From Raillietiella orientalis (taxonomy: Eukaryota): DNA of 64,000 bases. Below, in pieces: positions 50,950 through 64,000 of the stretch; position 1 is the stretch's first letter, and the number at the start of each line of letters is the position of its first letter. A program made the position numbers and the translations under genes. The notes beneath the pieces are model-generated. The model saw nothing but the letters and a program-made list of their open reading frames with translations, was not told the origin of the DNA and did no database searches. The DNA lies in assembly GCA_036172245.1 (NCBI GenBank), contig JAYWIR010000026.1, positions 2,108,001 to 2,172,000 of the forward strand, given 5' to 3'.

Positions 50950-51996
50950 AGGGGGAGAGACCGGAGGGACCCACCCGTTAAACAAACCACTGTGCTCTTT
51001 CTTCCGAGTGGCGGCGTCGGCAGGGGCGGGAAGGGAAGAACCCAGGTCCCCGCCGCCGCCGGCGAAGACGTGATCTGTTCGCAGCTGCCCTCGGGCAACA
51101 AAGAATTACGGGATCGGGTCTTCTTTTATCCCACGCGCGAGGTGGCCTTGGGGAAACTGCGAGATCACAGGGTTTCTTCCCCACCGCGCTCCGCGCGAGG
51201 ACCATGGCGACTCCGAATGGCTCCCTTGGGTGGCGGCCGCACGTGCTCCTTCCACTCGAGAGGTCACCTGGAGATTCAGCTGAACCGTTGCTAGCGGGCA
51301 CCAGGGGTCGCCAAGAAGCCAGAAGAGTCTTTGAGCGCGCCTCCTCAGCGAGGTTCATTTCCGGTGTCTACGCCCGGAGGTGGCGCGGCCACCCGCCACC
51401 TGCCTGGAGCTTCCGTCGCTGACGAAACCTCGCCAAGAAACGGAACGGTGAAGGGGAGCGTCTCTTCCCCCTCCTTCTTTCCCCATTATTGGACTGGGCA
51501 GAGTCAGCGCCCTCCAGGAAGCTTGGCCGAGGATAGCTTCCGCGCTCCCGCACCCTGAGGGCACTGCCAAGGATGTCCTGCAGCGATCCTCCTAGCGAAT
51601 TGCAGTCCTAATGGACTGCGACGACATGCTACATCCGCGCCGTCGTCTCATCCCGCCACATGCTCGGGAGCAGCGAAGGAAGGCCACCCGCACGGCAGTA
51701 GCTTACCCGAGGGCGGCTGCGAGGTGGCCTCGACTGGAAGAAGAAGTAAAGCGGAGATCGCTGAAAAGAAGGAACGGCTGGCATTGGCAATCCCTGTCGA
51801 CACACACCCTTTACTCATTTATGTATTGTCCCATTACTTCCGCTTCGGAATGTCCCAGCAAACCACCTGCTTGTCGATGAGTCCGCCACTTGAACTTTTT
51901 TTTTTGTGTGTATGTGTTTTTGCTTTTGTTTGGCAAACAACGTTCCCAGCTTGTTTGTTTACATTAAATAAACGTCGCAGCGTGACCGGGTGAACA
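50950..51996 (+). mobile_element. Decayed L1/Tx1-like 3' portion
   Basis: QLPSGNKELRDRVFFYPTREVALGKLRD (FLW..K..R....P...GGL..D); REQRRKATRTAVAYPRAAARWPRL; terminal motif shared with 46672-46702. Confidence 0.6.
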
Positions 51997-52029
51997 TCCT
52001 TCCTGCTGGCTTCCAGAGGTCTGTCGGAA

Positions 52030-52350
52030 CGTGCGCGCTCCTTCCCGCACCCTGCAGACCCACGAGAACGAGGTAGCGGTCCGAGCAGCGATGGGCCACA
52101 AAGCCAAGGGTGAGCTGAAAGACCAGGTCACTGACGACGCTCTTCATTTCAGTACTTTTTCTCCACGAGTAGCGCGTGGCGCTGCGCCAGAAGGCACGAG
52201 TATTCCGTGGCTGGTTTCACGATTTCGAAAAGCTGGGAGGTCAGATGGAGTGGTCTGAGCACGTCCATGCTCTGGAGCTTTCTCGTTCCGACCTCTCACG
52301 CTGGAACCGACTCCTTTTGCCAATCTTCTGACAAGCTCAGTGGTAAACAC
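52030..52350 (+). mobile_element. Decayed CR1-like RT N-terminal fragment
   Basis: ALHFSTFSPRVARGAAPEGTSIPWLVSRFRKAGRSD resembles L..IF..S..G..P..W..A.V.PIFKKG.R.D. Confidence 0.4.
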
Positions 52351-54410
52351 CAAACACACCCGTTGTCTTTACTTACAGCTTATTCCGTCTTTGGCACCTC
52401 TTCTTTTGTGCTTTTTCCAGCCACCGAGATCAGATGGTTGGCTGTTTCAACAGCCTTTCTTGCTTCAGACGCTGCTTTCTCGATCATGAATCCTGTTGTG
52501 AAGAGACAACGCATTGACCTGTAACATTTGCCAGTCTCAAGCAAGGGGGCTTATAGGTGTTCGTGTTCTTATGAGATGCAGTTATTCTAGAACACATCTG
52601 ATTGAATCTTGGAGATCCAGGTCTCAGTAATGTGCAATGAAAATGCGGTCCCTCTGATTTTGGGACACATTCGAGTTCTCTCTCAGAATTGAAGTTTGAA
52701 CTCTGTGCTGTTGTTTGACTGATGACTTCCATCCCAATTTATGCATTTTTCCCTTCGAAATATAACGGCTGAAGCTTCAACTGTTTAGGCTTATTTTTCT
52801 TATGTGATGCGAAACACGAACAGTACCCTATTCGTAGTAGCTTTTGGTCTGGATGTGGATAAAAATTTTTCCTCGTGATTTTTTGTCAGCATTGGATACT
52901 TTTCAGAGCCTTTTTGAACTAGCTTTGCACAAAAGCATTTAGCTTGCACTCCAGTTAATTTTCTTTGGATGGATATAGCTGGGGAGCAGATACTTCGTGG
53001 GAGAAAGATCAGCAGCACCAATTCTCCATAAAATTGCAAACGCTGTCTTTGCACCGAACTGCCAACACGAGGCCAAAACATTCGCTCATCAGATGGAACA
53101 ACTCTTTAGTCGCGTACGCAGTCAAGAGAGTTCTGTCCCGTTGCCTTCTGGTGCTCTTTTTCGTTTTTGCTTTTTTTTTCTCACAAGCCACTCTTAATAA
53201 ACTCTTAAAGTCACAAATAAGCACGTTAGTGGCGAAATGATAAATCGTTACGGTGAATTCAACAACCTGCGAAAAGGTGAAAACTTGTGGAAGATGTAAT
53301 AAGCATAGTTCTTATTAATTTGGGGAACTCTTCGTCTACCTTTTATTACTGAGAACGATGCCTTTTCTCTTTCTCTCTCTCTTCTGCATCACTTTCCTGC
53401 CATGCTTCCACTTTGTTTTCTCGATCTGCACATGCCCAGGTTTCAGCTGCTAGCAAACGTACCTTCTGTTATGGTTTCCTTCTTTTTACTGCCCCCTCCA
53501 CCAGACACCTGCTGCTTAGATGAACGCACAGGAGAACATCTCCAGGACGGATGGAATAATGGATGAATCACTGTACGATGGAATGGACAAGACGATTCAC
53601 GCTCATTCTCAAACACAGGTACACGTCTGTACTCGGCGAAATGAGAATAGATGAGAAATTCGAAATGTCACCTTCTCTGATTTCATGTGGGGCAAATCTC
53701 CTAGTCACCCGTGTGGTTCCAAAGTCAGCAATTAGGAGGGCGGGCGGCCCAAGGCAACGTTTGACCGCCACATTTGCTCTTTCTGCGTGAAGTGGTATGG
53801 AAGGGTTCCCAGTACTCAACAGCGTTTGCACTCAAAAAAGAATAAGTGTGGCATCTGCGAGGCAGACGAATAAAATCCTAGGATGGATAACACCAGTAAT
53901 TTACGAAACGGCTGATTTCCTCAGAAAGTGATTGCTTGCTAAATCCGTACAATCAAAAAAATAGCACTTCCAGGGTACCGTTCCGTGTTTGTGTACGGTT
54001 TGGATTTGTGATGCAATGGTTGCCACTGGTATTTTTCGATTGTTGTTAAAAGTTTGTAATGTCTGTGTTTAAAAGCAGCTATACATATATATGTATATTT
54101 TTCTTTTGTTTTTGTTAGCCACTAGTGTTCCTGCAATTAATTAGCGTTTTCTTCGTGCAGAGCATCGTGGTACAGTCACGGAGAGGCTGTATCCTTTTTT
54201 GTGTGTTTGGTGCACACTCTCAAAATTTATCAACATTTAAGTGCATGAAACAGCGGTTAAGGCTACGTGTGGCACGCTTATAGTGTGATCACTTTTGTGC
54301 AAAAGTAATGCGATAGATTTCCGGGAAAGTGGGAGTTGTGATTTATAATAAATGAGCTGAAGAAGCAAGCATATTGTCCATCAGGCCCATGGAAAGTGCG
54401 ATGTCTAGAC

Positions 54411-56622
54411 ATGCATAGAGTGAACATATTAGACTTGATTAAACTGGATCATACTTATTGCAAATCAATATATAGTTGTGGAAGAGTGGTATATGCAAGG
54501 CCTGTGAAGAAAATAGGACCAGAGGAGATCACTGATGAAACTGAACTACAGTAAATCAACCTCTGTTAATTGAATTTGATTTTGAACAAAAAAAAATCAC
54601 ATAAAATCACATGATAAAGTTGTAAATTTAAAATTATATCTCAAAAAATTAAAGAGATTGATTGATTGTATCTGGAACTTAAGTTCCTCATTCTTAGTTT
54701 TTTCTCTTAATGAGGTTCTTTGGATGTTGATGGTTGGGGAATAGGAAATTTATGAATTCATGGGTTTTATACAGTTTCTCTTTAAATGTTTATTCTAATG
54801 AAATCTCGAATTAAGCGTTTTTTATGTGATTTGAATCTTGGCAAGTTCGAATGCATTTAATTGGCATTCACATCTGTGTTAAATTTTGTTGATACGTATG
54901 GGATGATACAGTCCAGCAGGAAAGGTTTGACATAGATTTGGGCTTCTCTTCAGAAAAAAAGGAAATATATCCCCGTTTTCTCCTCTCTTATAATCGATTT
55001 CAAATCGAAGTTTCAAATTTGATACAATTTTGAATTTTTGGAGAAAAGTAACCAGCGTTTTATCTCAATTGACTATTGATTTGAGAAATTATAATCATTG
55101 CAGATACTGTGATGAGTGATTATTTGATTTGCAGATATTCATAATGTGTTTGAGGGTGTTTTCATCCTAATGCAAAAGTTAGTGAAAAACTTGTTCACTT
55201 TAGAAATGTTTCATTTTAGGGATGAGGATGTGCTTGATGTGGGAGAAAGAAACAATCTTGATACTGATTTCATCAACTATGAATCACCTGTTGATACAGA
55301 TGATGTGCTTTGGACTGAAACACTAAATAGGTAATTAAGTGCTTATGAAATCATTCATTGCTCCTGCTTTCTGATCACTTAGTGAAAAGTGGAGTGCTAG
55401 TCAGAAGCAACTACTTGATGGCATTCAATGCATATTGCAAGAATCCAGACTAAGAGAATTAGTTGCTGCAGGTCGATCGTCTACTAGAAAATTGATGTCT
55501 CTGTCATCTGATCGTATGGTGGCCCGCTTGCATAGGTTATTCTCTGATATTCATTGGAATAAAAATCTTTTGCATTGGCTTCATGAAACATTGATAAAAA
55601 ATTTGGATGCAATAGACTTGGCCTCTTACTTCAGTGGTCTCCAGGTATCACAAAAAAAAATGCTTATTGTCATGTTCTGGGTAGATATTAAAAGACCGAA
55701 TGCCAGTACTGGTGCAAAACCTCTTAGAGAAGAATGAACTTTTGGAAACAAGATTACGTAATTTGGAATCCAAGAATTCACCTATTCCAGAGTCCATTCA
55801 GCTTTCACAGAAAGTATGTGTCTATTCTGCCATAAATCTTCAACATAAACTGCTAGGTTCACTCCTATGTGGGTGCTTTGTTGTTACTGTTACCTCCCTG
55901 GCCTTCACTGGTCACACCACGAATGAGATTGTGGAAGAACACCTTAAACAAGTTGGGTACAGTGAAGATGCTGAAGTGCATGCAAAATTCACAGGATGAA
56001 TTGTTCTCTTCCATACGTGCCTTGATAAATTCTTATCGCTTCCAGAAGCCTGTTGTTCTTCTTGGTTGGGATTCAGCAGCATTGCTTGCATTAATGGTGA
56101 GGAGATCATTGGGGGCTTTTTGATATGTGGTAGTGCAGGTGGCTAGATGTGAACCGTGGCTTACAGCTGTTGTGCTGCTGGCACTCCCTACCCATAATCT
56201 TCCTTACAAGAAGAAGGAGTCGGATGATATATGGCAGGACAATCATGTACCCACTTTGTTTATTGTTGGAGAACACAGCCCTACTAGTAGGTGGGTTTAC
56301 CTTTTTAAGGTAATTCAAAATTGTTGAGTAGTTTGCCAGAGTTGGAAGCTTTGAGGAAACACATGAAAGCTGACACATCAGTTATTGTGGTTCGTAATAC
56401 TGACCACTTATTGCGGTTATCTTGGAATTTTCGATGGAGGCATGCAATTCTTCAAAAACAGTTGGACCAAAATATATTGGTAGGGAACTTGGCTCATGAG
56501 CATATTGTAAAATGTGATTACTGTGTCAGGATGAAATAAGTGATTTCTTGGATTCCCTTATCAATCAGCAAGCGGCAGCTACTTTTGAAAAAAATATATT
56601 GAAACCAAGTGGGAAGAAATGA
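54411..56622 (+). CDS. KANSL3: KAT8 regulatory NSL complex subunit 3 (alpha/beta-hydrolase-like), 424 aa
   Basis: Exons 54411-54550, 55220-55330, 55383-55644, 55685-55813, 55857-56096, 56139-56290, 56332-56479, 56530-56622 (1275 nt, phases consistent). Motifs LDHTYCK..ARP, W...Q..L....LQESRL, WNKNLLHWLHETLI, PVVLLGW, PTLFIVGEHS, EALRKHMKADTSVIVV..DHLLR, ILDEISDFL. Confidence 0.88.
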
Positions 56623-58499
56623 TTACAAGTAGATTATTCTTGCTGATTATTAATATTGAAACTAGTCATGTGATTGAAATGGAGAGTGAAGGACCTGTAT
56701 AGCGAGCAAATGAGGCAAAAATATATGAATTACGTACCTATTTTTATGGAAAAAGTTTTTCTCGAGTCAGTTGATACAGAATCAAACAATAAATCCGTTG
56801 TAAAACTTTTGGAAACGAAAGCAGGCAGTGTTCTCCCCCCCCCCCCCGCGCGCGCCATCCGTAGTTGGTTTCGGCTGAGACAAAAAAAAAAGTTACAGGA
56901 GAAAAATAAAAAGCTTCTGTAAAACGCCTTCTCTCAATCCTTTGGAAAGCTGCTGCTAAGAAACAAGAGATGTGTGTTTTGCTTGCGCAGTGTGGCTTTT
57001 GTGTGAAGTCCAAGAGGATTCGATAAAGTTGGAAAACTCGGTATTGCAGGCGGTGCCCACGCACCACTGGCCACAGCTAATGAAGCTTCCTTCACGATTC
57101 CTTGGGTGAAGAAAGAGTCGTGTAGGTTCTCCGTTGTGTTCCTTCTTCCTCAAGGGAACTCGTTAGCCCTCCGGGCAGGTTCGAGTTGGGCGGTCTTCCT
57201 CCCCCGGGCCGGCCTTCACAGTTCCCTTCCACCGAGAACCGAAGTCAGCTTTCCGTGTACGCGTAGAAGGTGCGCGCCGCTCCGGGGGGGGGGGAGTTTT
57301 TGTTCCCGCTGGCCGGAAGTGGATGCTGCGCGGGAGTCGGTGTGCTGCGCGTTGAATGGCCATCGGAAATCACCCCGCCTGCAGCCCACGGGCAATTAGA
57401 CGGAAAGTTTTTTGCATCCGCGTGTCATCGCGGAATTACGAAAAAGGGAAACACTTGTGTTTCAATCGGCCCGAAGCCGACCGAGTGGCCTCGAGTGGGA
57501 TTTCCACGTCGGCTGCTGCTTCCTCGTGCCCGCACCTATTCACGCCATGGAGATCTGGATTTTTCAGCCAGTTGCTTCTGCCACAGGCAAGGAGGAGACA
57601 CACTTCTGGCTAACGCGTGCGATGCACTTTGTGTTTCGATATATTTAGCGTGCGTGACTTAAAGGGCAAAACTAATTTTTTTTTTTTTTTTGCATTTATT
57701 TTTGGAGGGTTTTCAATTTTTTTTTTCGCTTCTTTCAAAGTGCTGTAGCGAGGAGGAAAGAGAGAGAGAGAAACAAAGACAAAAAAAAGGCTCGAGAATC
57801 GACGATTGCATCCTGGAAGGCCATCCGCAAGTTGTCTTGCACCATTCCAAATCCGAAATGAACTACAGATGTTCGAGCTTTCGTGTTTCCACCTTTCCGA
57901 ACACAACACCAGTGAATGACTGCCTGTTCGATTGACGCTGCGAACGATGCGTGTTGTTATGGAGAATGAGCCGATCCAACTCTCAAAGCTTCCTTTGCCC
58001 TACCAATTCTCTGCCTAGTCAGGTCGCAAATCCGCATCGCCTCCTCTTCAATCGGCCAGGGGCTCCGACACGTGAAGAAGGCACCGAACGACCTACGCAT
58101 CGCCACCCATGTCACGGCTGCACAGCACTGAACGCGATCCTTTTAGCCCCTTGAGGTGTCACCGAAAAGCCTTCATCCTGCCTCCTCAAAAATCGCAAGT
58201 GTTCACCTGCGGTGATCACGTGAGGGGCCCGTGTCACACTTTGACTGAGAAGGCGCCCTGTAGTGTTTGCGCTCGCTCTCTTCGTGCCATTCAAACCAGA
58301 TAAAGGAGTCAACTGGCTCATTATGTTTCGTTCGCATTATTTTCTTTCGCGGCTCTGGTTCATGGTGTTCATTGCGTTGCACACACATTCACTTGCCTCC
58401 CGTTCCGTCTCGCGACCCAAAACGCACCAGAGGTCACCCAATTGTAAGCGGACGCTCACTCTTCCATCTCCGTTTCCAGCCGGCAGATCCGCGTGTGCC

Positions 58500-58657
58500 T
58501 GCGGTCTGCAACACGAAAAGTAATGCGGCATTGTCCCTTCCCCTTCGTGTTCATTTTGACTCATTAGGAATGGCGCAAATGATCCCGAAGAAGAATTTTA
58601 AGGAGTACGAAGAACCGAAAAACACGATTCGCTAAAACTTGAAAACCACAGGTGGTA

Positions 58658-58699
<42 letters not shown>

Positions 58700-59400
58700 A
58701 AAGAAAACGTCCTTTGGCTTGTCAACCAGGCAATAAAATTCTCAAGGAAAAGCAAATTCGATTCCATGATGTGACGACTGGCCTCTGCATGAAACGCGGG
58801 CACTCGAAAAGAAGAAAAAAGAAACGCCTACACATTTCACGGAGACACCCCGACTCGGACACTGCGCTGAAACGTGCTACACTTTCCAGCTGCTGAGGTG
58901 GAAAGCGCGAAAAAGTCCCTGCTCGATTTCGCCTTTAGCTGGTGGAAGGTCCCTCGCAAGGCTCTGGGAAGAGATGATGGAAAGGAAGTGGGATGTCTCA
59001 AGGAAGAGGGTTGTGTTCCGAGCTGCAGTTCCTCGGACTCGCCGGAGCTTCGCGGTTCCAGACAGGTGAGCCACACCGCCGCCGTCTCCCCGAGTTTCGT
59101 CCAGGAGGGGACGCCCCGGGAAAATCCATGAACGGTCTTCACAGGGCGCATCATCATTCAGGAAGAAGAAAGTGGAGTCTGGTAGAGCGACCTCGAGTGA
59201 ACATGAGTGTCCCGGGTAATTCTTTGACTTTGGAAGAAACCACCGTTTACAGAGTTGCCAACCTTCGGTTCGAGAAACTGCTTGGGTGGCAGACGCTCAA
59301 GCTGCAGGGAGGGCAGGAGAGTGGGATTGGCCGTTGCCGACTGAGAAAGTTTGGGCGACCGCGTCCCAGTCCGGCCGCGGCGAACAATCAGCAGTGGGTC
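58500..59400 (-). mobile_element. Decayed CR1-like RT interrupted by a microsatellite
   Basis: VHGFSRGVPSWTKLGETAAVWLTCLE resembles QHGF..G.S..TNL.E...W...LD. A GVPQGS-like remnant lies near 58570-58630. Confidence 0.4.
58661..58695 (+). repeat. (AC)17 microsatellite
   Basis: Direct reading of the sequence. Confidence 0.95.
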
Positions 59401-60349
59401 TGCAGGAAAGACTTCCACGATGACCGATACATCCGTCCTTCTCTCTCCTTTTCCTCCGAGGACTCCACCCGTTCTCCCCCCTCCTGCCCCGCGCGACCCA
59501 GTCGACCTAGGGAAGGAGGCGGTACTGATAACTTTCCCCTATTTATTGCTTGTACTGCCAACTCTCCCCACGCACTGTCCCCGTTGAGGAGTTATAAACA
59601 CCGTGGTCCGCTTGCGTGTATTCGCTTGATGCGAATAAATGGTCCAGCACACCGGAACGGGGAGGCGGGAGGGGAAACACTCCCGCGGGAGCTGTCGAGT
59701 CCAGGAAGCGGCGATGGGCTCCCGGGAACAGCGCATTAATTGCCCGCTGCCGCAGCGCGGCACGGCGTTTGCCGAAATGCCGAGCTCCTCGAAGTCTCGA
59801 ATTTCGCTGGAAGCGGGGCGCTCGCCACCAAGACAGAGAGCCCGCCGGTTCACCCGGAGGAAGTGCAGACTGATTGCTGGAGCTTTCAACCGGTCTATTA
59901 CGTCGCAGACTGACGGCGGCCGAAGAGTTATTACTGACAATGATGCTGACGCATCCGGCGCCCAAAGAATTTCCACCGACGCGCGGCAATGCGCTTTTTG
60001 CGCGCGCGCGTGCGCACGGGGGGCGCGCGCGCTTGAGCATCCGCTGAGAGGAAGCCGCTGGTGAACAAACCCGGGATGAAAGAAAGAAAGTCTCCGAGTC
60101 GGGAGAGAAGCCAAGTCCGCCCGTGAGGGGTACGGAAACGTGCTGGGATCCTTCGCGCGCTTAGTGGGCAGCCAAGTCAGATCGGTTGCCGACCCCATAG
60201 CGTCGAAAAGGTGCCCTCGACTCGGATTCTCGCACGGCTTCAGAAGACTCTCGGCCGTATCTCCCCAATTTTTTTTTAGCTGACCGGCAAAACTGGTCAT
60301 CCGGACACGCGCGCGCCCGCGTGCAGTTTCCATTTTCTTTCTTTCGCTG

Positions 60350-61300
60350 CCTTGAACGTTCCGGGTTTTGCCGGCGGGTGGGAAGTTTGGTTTCTTCCCT
60401 GACCAGAGGCTCGGCTCTCCCAAACGCAGGGAGTTTGTCCACTGGAGGCGAGCCGAGGTCGAAGGAAAGCGCGAGCGTTGCATGTGCACGCAGCGGAAGC
60501 GGAAAGGGCAAGTTTTGCTGGTCCCGCTCGCGACAACGCGGTGGGAAATGCGGGAAAGCGTCCAGAGCCCAAGACACCTCCGACCCAGGGAGGTATTTCT
60601 GGCTGGAAGGAGCGACCCTGGGTCCGCTGGTATCAGTATAGCCACCACCACACCCACACTCGACTCCACTCCGGGTTTGGCACACCCGGGGTGACTTGTG
60701 GCTGAGCACGGAAACCCGCTGCCCTGCGAAGAAGAAAAGAAGACGCGCGCCGACGAGAGAACTCCTGCTGGAAGCAGGGAGGTACCGTTCCAGAACCGCC
60801 CTAGCGGCTATTCCCAGAGAGCAGCTGAGCTGCGCGGGAAAAACCGAATGACGTGACGCCTTCACAGCGAGTTCGTCACTCCCGCGACGCCCAAGATGGA
60901 CCGGGAACAAATGCGGAATCGAGAATCCGCGCGCGCGGATGCATTTCCCAGTTCTCCGGGAGTTCGGGCGGGAACCGCCGATCGATTCTCTCTCGGTGAA
61001 AAGAACGGAGGACCCCTCTGGGTAGCGATAGGACCGAGTGCGAGAGTCCGAAGAACCACAGGAGACGTTGCCCTCCCCGAGCGGAGACGCGCTTCGCTGG
61101 ACGAGACCTGCAACGGGATGAGCTGGCGGGATGGGGGGAGACCAACGCCACTCGCCAACGTCCAAATGGATCTCGAGAGCCAAGGCGGAGCGCAGCAGCG
61201 GGAAAAACGGACGCCTCCCCGAGCGCGCGCCGCTGCCCGCGATGGGACGGCAAACAAGTGGACGCGGACGGACGCCGCGCGGAACCTTTCCACTCTTCCG
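60350..61300 (+). mobile_element. Decayed LINE RT (RTE- or L1-like)
   Basis: RHLRPREVFLAGRS (Q.GF..GRS), AFPSSPGVRAG (F....GVRQG) and GDVALPERRRASL (ADD..L.A...L), in order. Confidence 0.4.
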
Positions 61301-63479
61301 GGGAGACCTCGGGGAGGGTGCGAAAGGTTGGAAGCTGCGCGGAGCACGCGCTCTCTCTTCCGGGACGCTTACCAGATCCGATGGAGCACAGCGATCCGGT
61401 TCGCTGGCACGCGAAAGTGAAAGTGTTCCGAACGTTTCCGGGCTTCTCTGCTCTTCCGGCATGCGAGAGTGCGTGACTCGGGAGGGGCAGAGCCACCGGA
61501 GATCACCAGAAGACGCGCAGGTCCAGCGTCGAGACCAGGAGTAGGAAGTGCTCCCTTGTTCCGGGCTCGGGGAACGCCCACCTGCCCACTCCCGCATCGA
61601 ACAACAAGGCGCGCAAACGCGAGGTATCGCCCCCTCCCCCCTGTTCCCCCAGAGAACAAGCAGAAGGGCGTTGGGTGGCTCCCTGCCCGACTGCTTCCTC
61701 ACTGCTGGGTTCGGGAGCCGCCCGGCCGCCTTTCCCTACGGGGCGTTTCCAGTGCTCGCCAAGCTTTTCAGCGATCGGCGGCGGAGACCTGGAAACGCGG
61801 TCCGAGCGCGCGCAGGACACTGCCGCGGGGAAAAAATCCTGGCGCGTTTGGGAGCCGAAAGCCCAGAAGCCTCGCCCTCGCAGGGCGAAGTGCAGCTGGA
61901 GGTCGTCGAACGGGAAAAAGACCGACGGCAACAAGAAGGGGAAAGCTGCGGGCGTCCCCCATGGCGACGTACGGCGACGTTTCCATGTCGTCGCCAACCA
62001 GCGCCACCCAACGGTAAGGTTTCCACCTTCGCTCTTCACGATGGAAGCCAGTCAAGAAATGGGGATTCACCGAGGGGCAGTTCTGCGCCTCTGTTCCGTC
62101 CCGATGTCGTGAAGGGGCTGGGGATGAGCGAAAGAGGGAGAAGCCCTAAGTCCCTACCCAAGCGGAGGCAGACGGGAGTGCCTCTATCCGCCCGCTCCGC
62201 CGCGCAGGGCGCGTCGTCGCCCACGGAAACGCTCCCAGGAGTAAACTATTGATCCTGGAGTGAGAAGAGAGAGGAAAAGGAGGGAGGGCAGCGGGCCAGC
62301 AGCTCTCGCCGCGATCTGGAGCGGTCCGCCTGCAGGCGGAAGGCAGACGGCCGGAGGAAGTTGGCTCGCTGCCTCCTTCGGGCGCGGGTCGCCTCGCGTG
62401 AGCTTAGACGGCCCGGGAAAATGGCGGCAAACCGGAGGGAGAGCGCGGGATACTCTTCCCGCCGCGCCGCAGCGTGTCGCATTCTCCGGACCACCGTGCC
62501 CGCGCGCGAGACCCTCCAGGGAGGTGGTGGAGGCAGGAAGGAGGAGGGGAGGGCGATCGCGGGGCGGACCAGTTAACGGGAAGCGGGCTGCGAGGGAGGA
62601 ACGGCAGGAACTGTCTGAGGAACCGTGTCCGTTGATAGCCGGAAGGTGTGACTCCACCCCAGCTGGAAAGAACGGCGGGACGCGCGCTCCCCGGAGTTTA
62701 CCCTGCTCTCGCCCGTCTCTTCTCCCCTTCCCTTTGCACGCTGGGTGCTCTCGTTCCTCCCCTTCCGCACGCCACCAGCAGTTTCTCGCCACGATAGGGA
62801 GAGAAAGAGAGAGAGGGAAGGCGGCGGCAGCAGCAGCTTTTTCCTCTGCCATCGCTAGCCGGCGGCACTCGAGAGAGAGAGGGAAGGGGGGAAGGGAGGG
62901 AAAAAGCAGCCCACCTCTTTCACCCTTCTAGCAAAAAAAAAGACTCGTTAACTCTCCCACCGGCTTGCATCCAGGGAAAACACGTCCAAGCAACGCGCGT
63001 TGCTGGGCAGAGGGAGGGATACGGCGACGCGCTTATGACCACAAGGACGCTGCTGCTGCGGCAGTCACGCTCCGCCTGCTTCGCGCACTTGCGGGTCAAG
63101 TTTCGCGTGCGCGCGCGCGCAAGCTGTCTGCCCTCCCCCCCCCCGGACGGGTACTTGGCGGACGAGTCCAATCCCGGGGGGGAGGAGGAGGGGAGTGCGC
63201 GGGACTATACGCGGAAGCTTTACGAAACAGAGTTGTGGCGAGTCCGATGGTGCTCGCTGGCGACAAACAACGGATGGGGTGGGGAGGGACGCCTCACCCG
63301 GCAGCGTGCGCGTGTATCCATGGAGAACGTGGATCCATGGAGAAAATTCCCCATGGCAGCCCCGAATCCGGAGACGCAGGGGTTTGTGTGGGTAGGGAAG
63401 GGACTCCGGGACCCTCTCTCTCCGGGAGCGCCCGATGGCAGCCGGTGGAGAGGAGGAGGGGAGTGTGTATGCAGAAGGT

Positions 63480-64000
63480 TCGGGAAACCGAGATGTAGCG
63501 AGCTCGATGACGCTCACTGGTCCCAAGACGCCCCGCGGTCCTCCGAGAGGGTGGCGACCCCTCCTCCCCGGTGCCACGGGGTAGCTCCCTGGCACCGGGG
63601 ACGCTGGCTGCTGCCCTGCGCATTTCGCGCGCGTACGCACTTGGGAAAGCAGCGACGACATCCGACCAGGTCGGGGGGGGAGGGGGGGGGAAGATGGAGA
63701 TGGTCCACCTGCTCGCGCACACAAGTCCTTCGCGCCTCGTGTCAAGTGACCTCCCGCCCCTCCCATACTCAGCCCTGGAGCTGGCGCAGCAGGGAGCGAA
63801 ACGTTCGCCCTCCCCTTACCCCCCTGTCCAACCTGATCCTCCCCAGCCTGGCAGCCCCCCGCCCCTTCCTCCCGCGAGCTCGTCCAGCTGGCCAGGCGCT
63901 TCCTCTCGAGCTCCGGCGGCCGCCAAAGCGTAGCACCAACGAACCTTCCCGCCGCCAACTCCGATGCCGTGGAGCGCGGAGGCGAATCAGCATCCTTCCA
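63480..64000 (-). mobile_element. Decayed RTE-like RT fragment
   Basis: RKRLASWTSSREEGAGGCQAG (RL....EEQ.GFR.G), LTRGAKDLCAR (D..KAFD.V.R) and SYPVAPGRRGRHPL (F.V..GVRQG..L). Confidence 0.35.

Noticed and set aside
56674..56922. 82-aa ORF downstream of KANSL3
   Set aside because: No recognisable motif or splice support; runs through homopolymers and probably lies in or near the 3' UTR.
60161..61702. 513-aa ORF, and similar long ORFs at 37373-38851, 11495-12781 and 13475-14701, as real genes
   Set aside because: Arg/Pro/Ser/Gly-rich translations typical of stop-poor GC-rich DNA. They overlap decayed LINE or SINE sequence and lack coherent domains.

Overview
Eukaryotic (metazoan, probably invertebrate) genomic DNA with very short GT-AG introns, mostly 40-60 nt. 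Four conserved genes were reconstructed exon by exon from splice signals and reading frame: the 3' part of Rho-associated kinase (ROCK, +, to 4307), GHITM (+, 16540-18186), eIF3a (-, 27810-34163) and KANSL3 (+, 54411-56622). Three further small spliced genes with no homologue I recognise are proposed at 8217-11105 (+), 23085-24999 (+) and 36930-37695 (-). Much of the GC-rich intergenic DNA is heavily decayed non-LTR retrotransposon sequence (L1/Tx1-like and CR1/L2/RTE-like motifs). Most long ORFs in the supplied track are therefore artefacts. The most unusual observations are: (1) a ~700-bp tRNA-headed SINE-like family rich in UNCG-tetraloop hairpins, present in four copies including a head-to-tail dimer; (2) a conserved terminal motif without a poly(A) tail shared by two decayed L1/Tx1 copies; (3) a candidate 9-nt microexon in ROCK; (4) AT-rich, CpG-depleted domains over housekeeping gene bodies, set against GC/CpG-rich transposon remnants; (5) a frameshifted FN3-like relic. 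All family assignments are by-eye motif recognition; no database searches were run.
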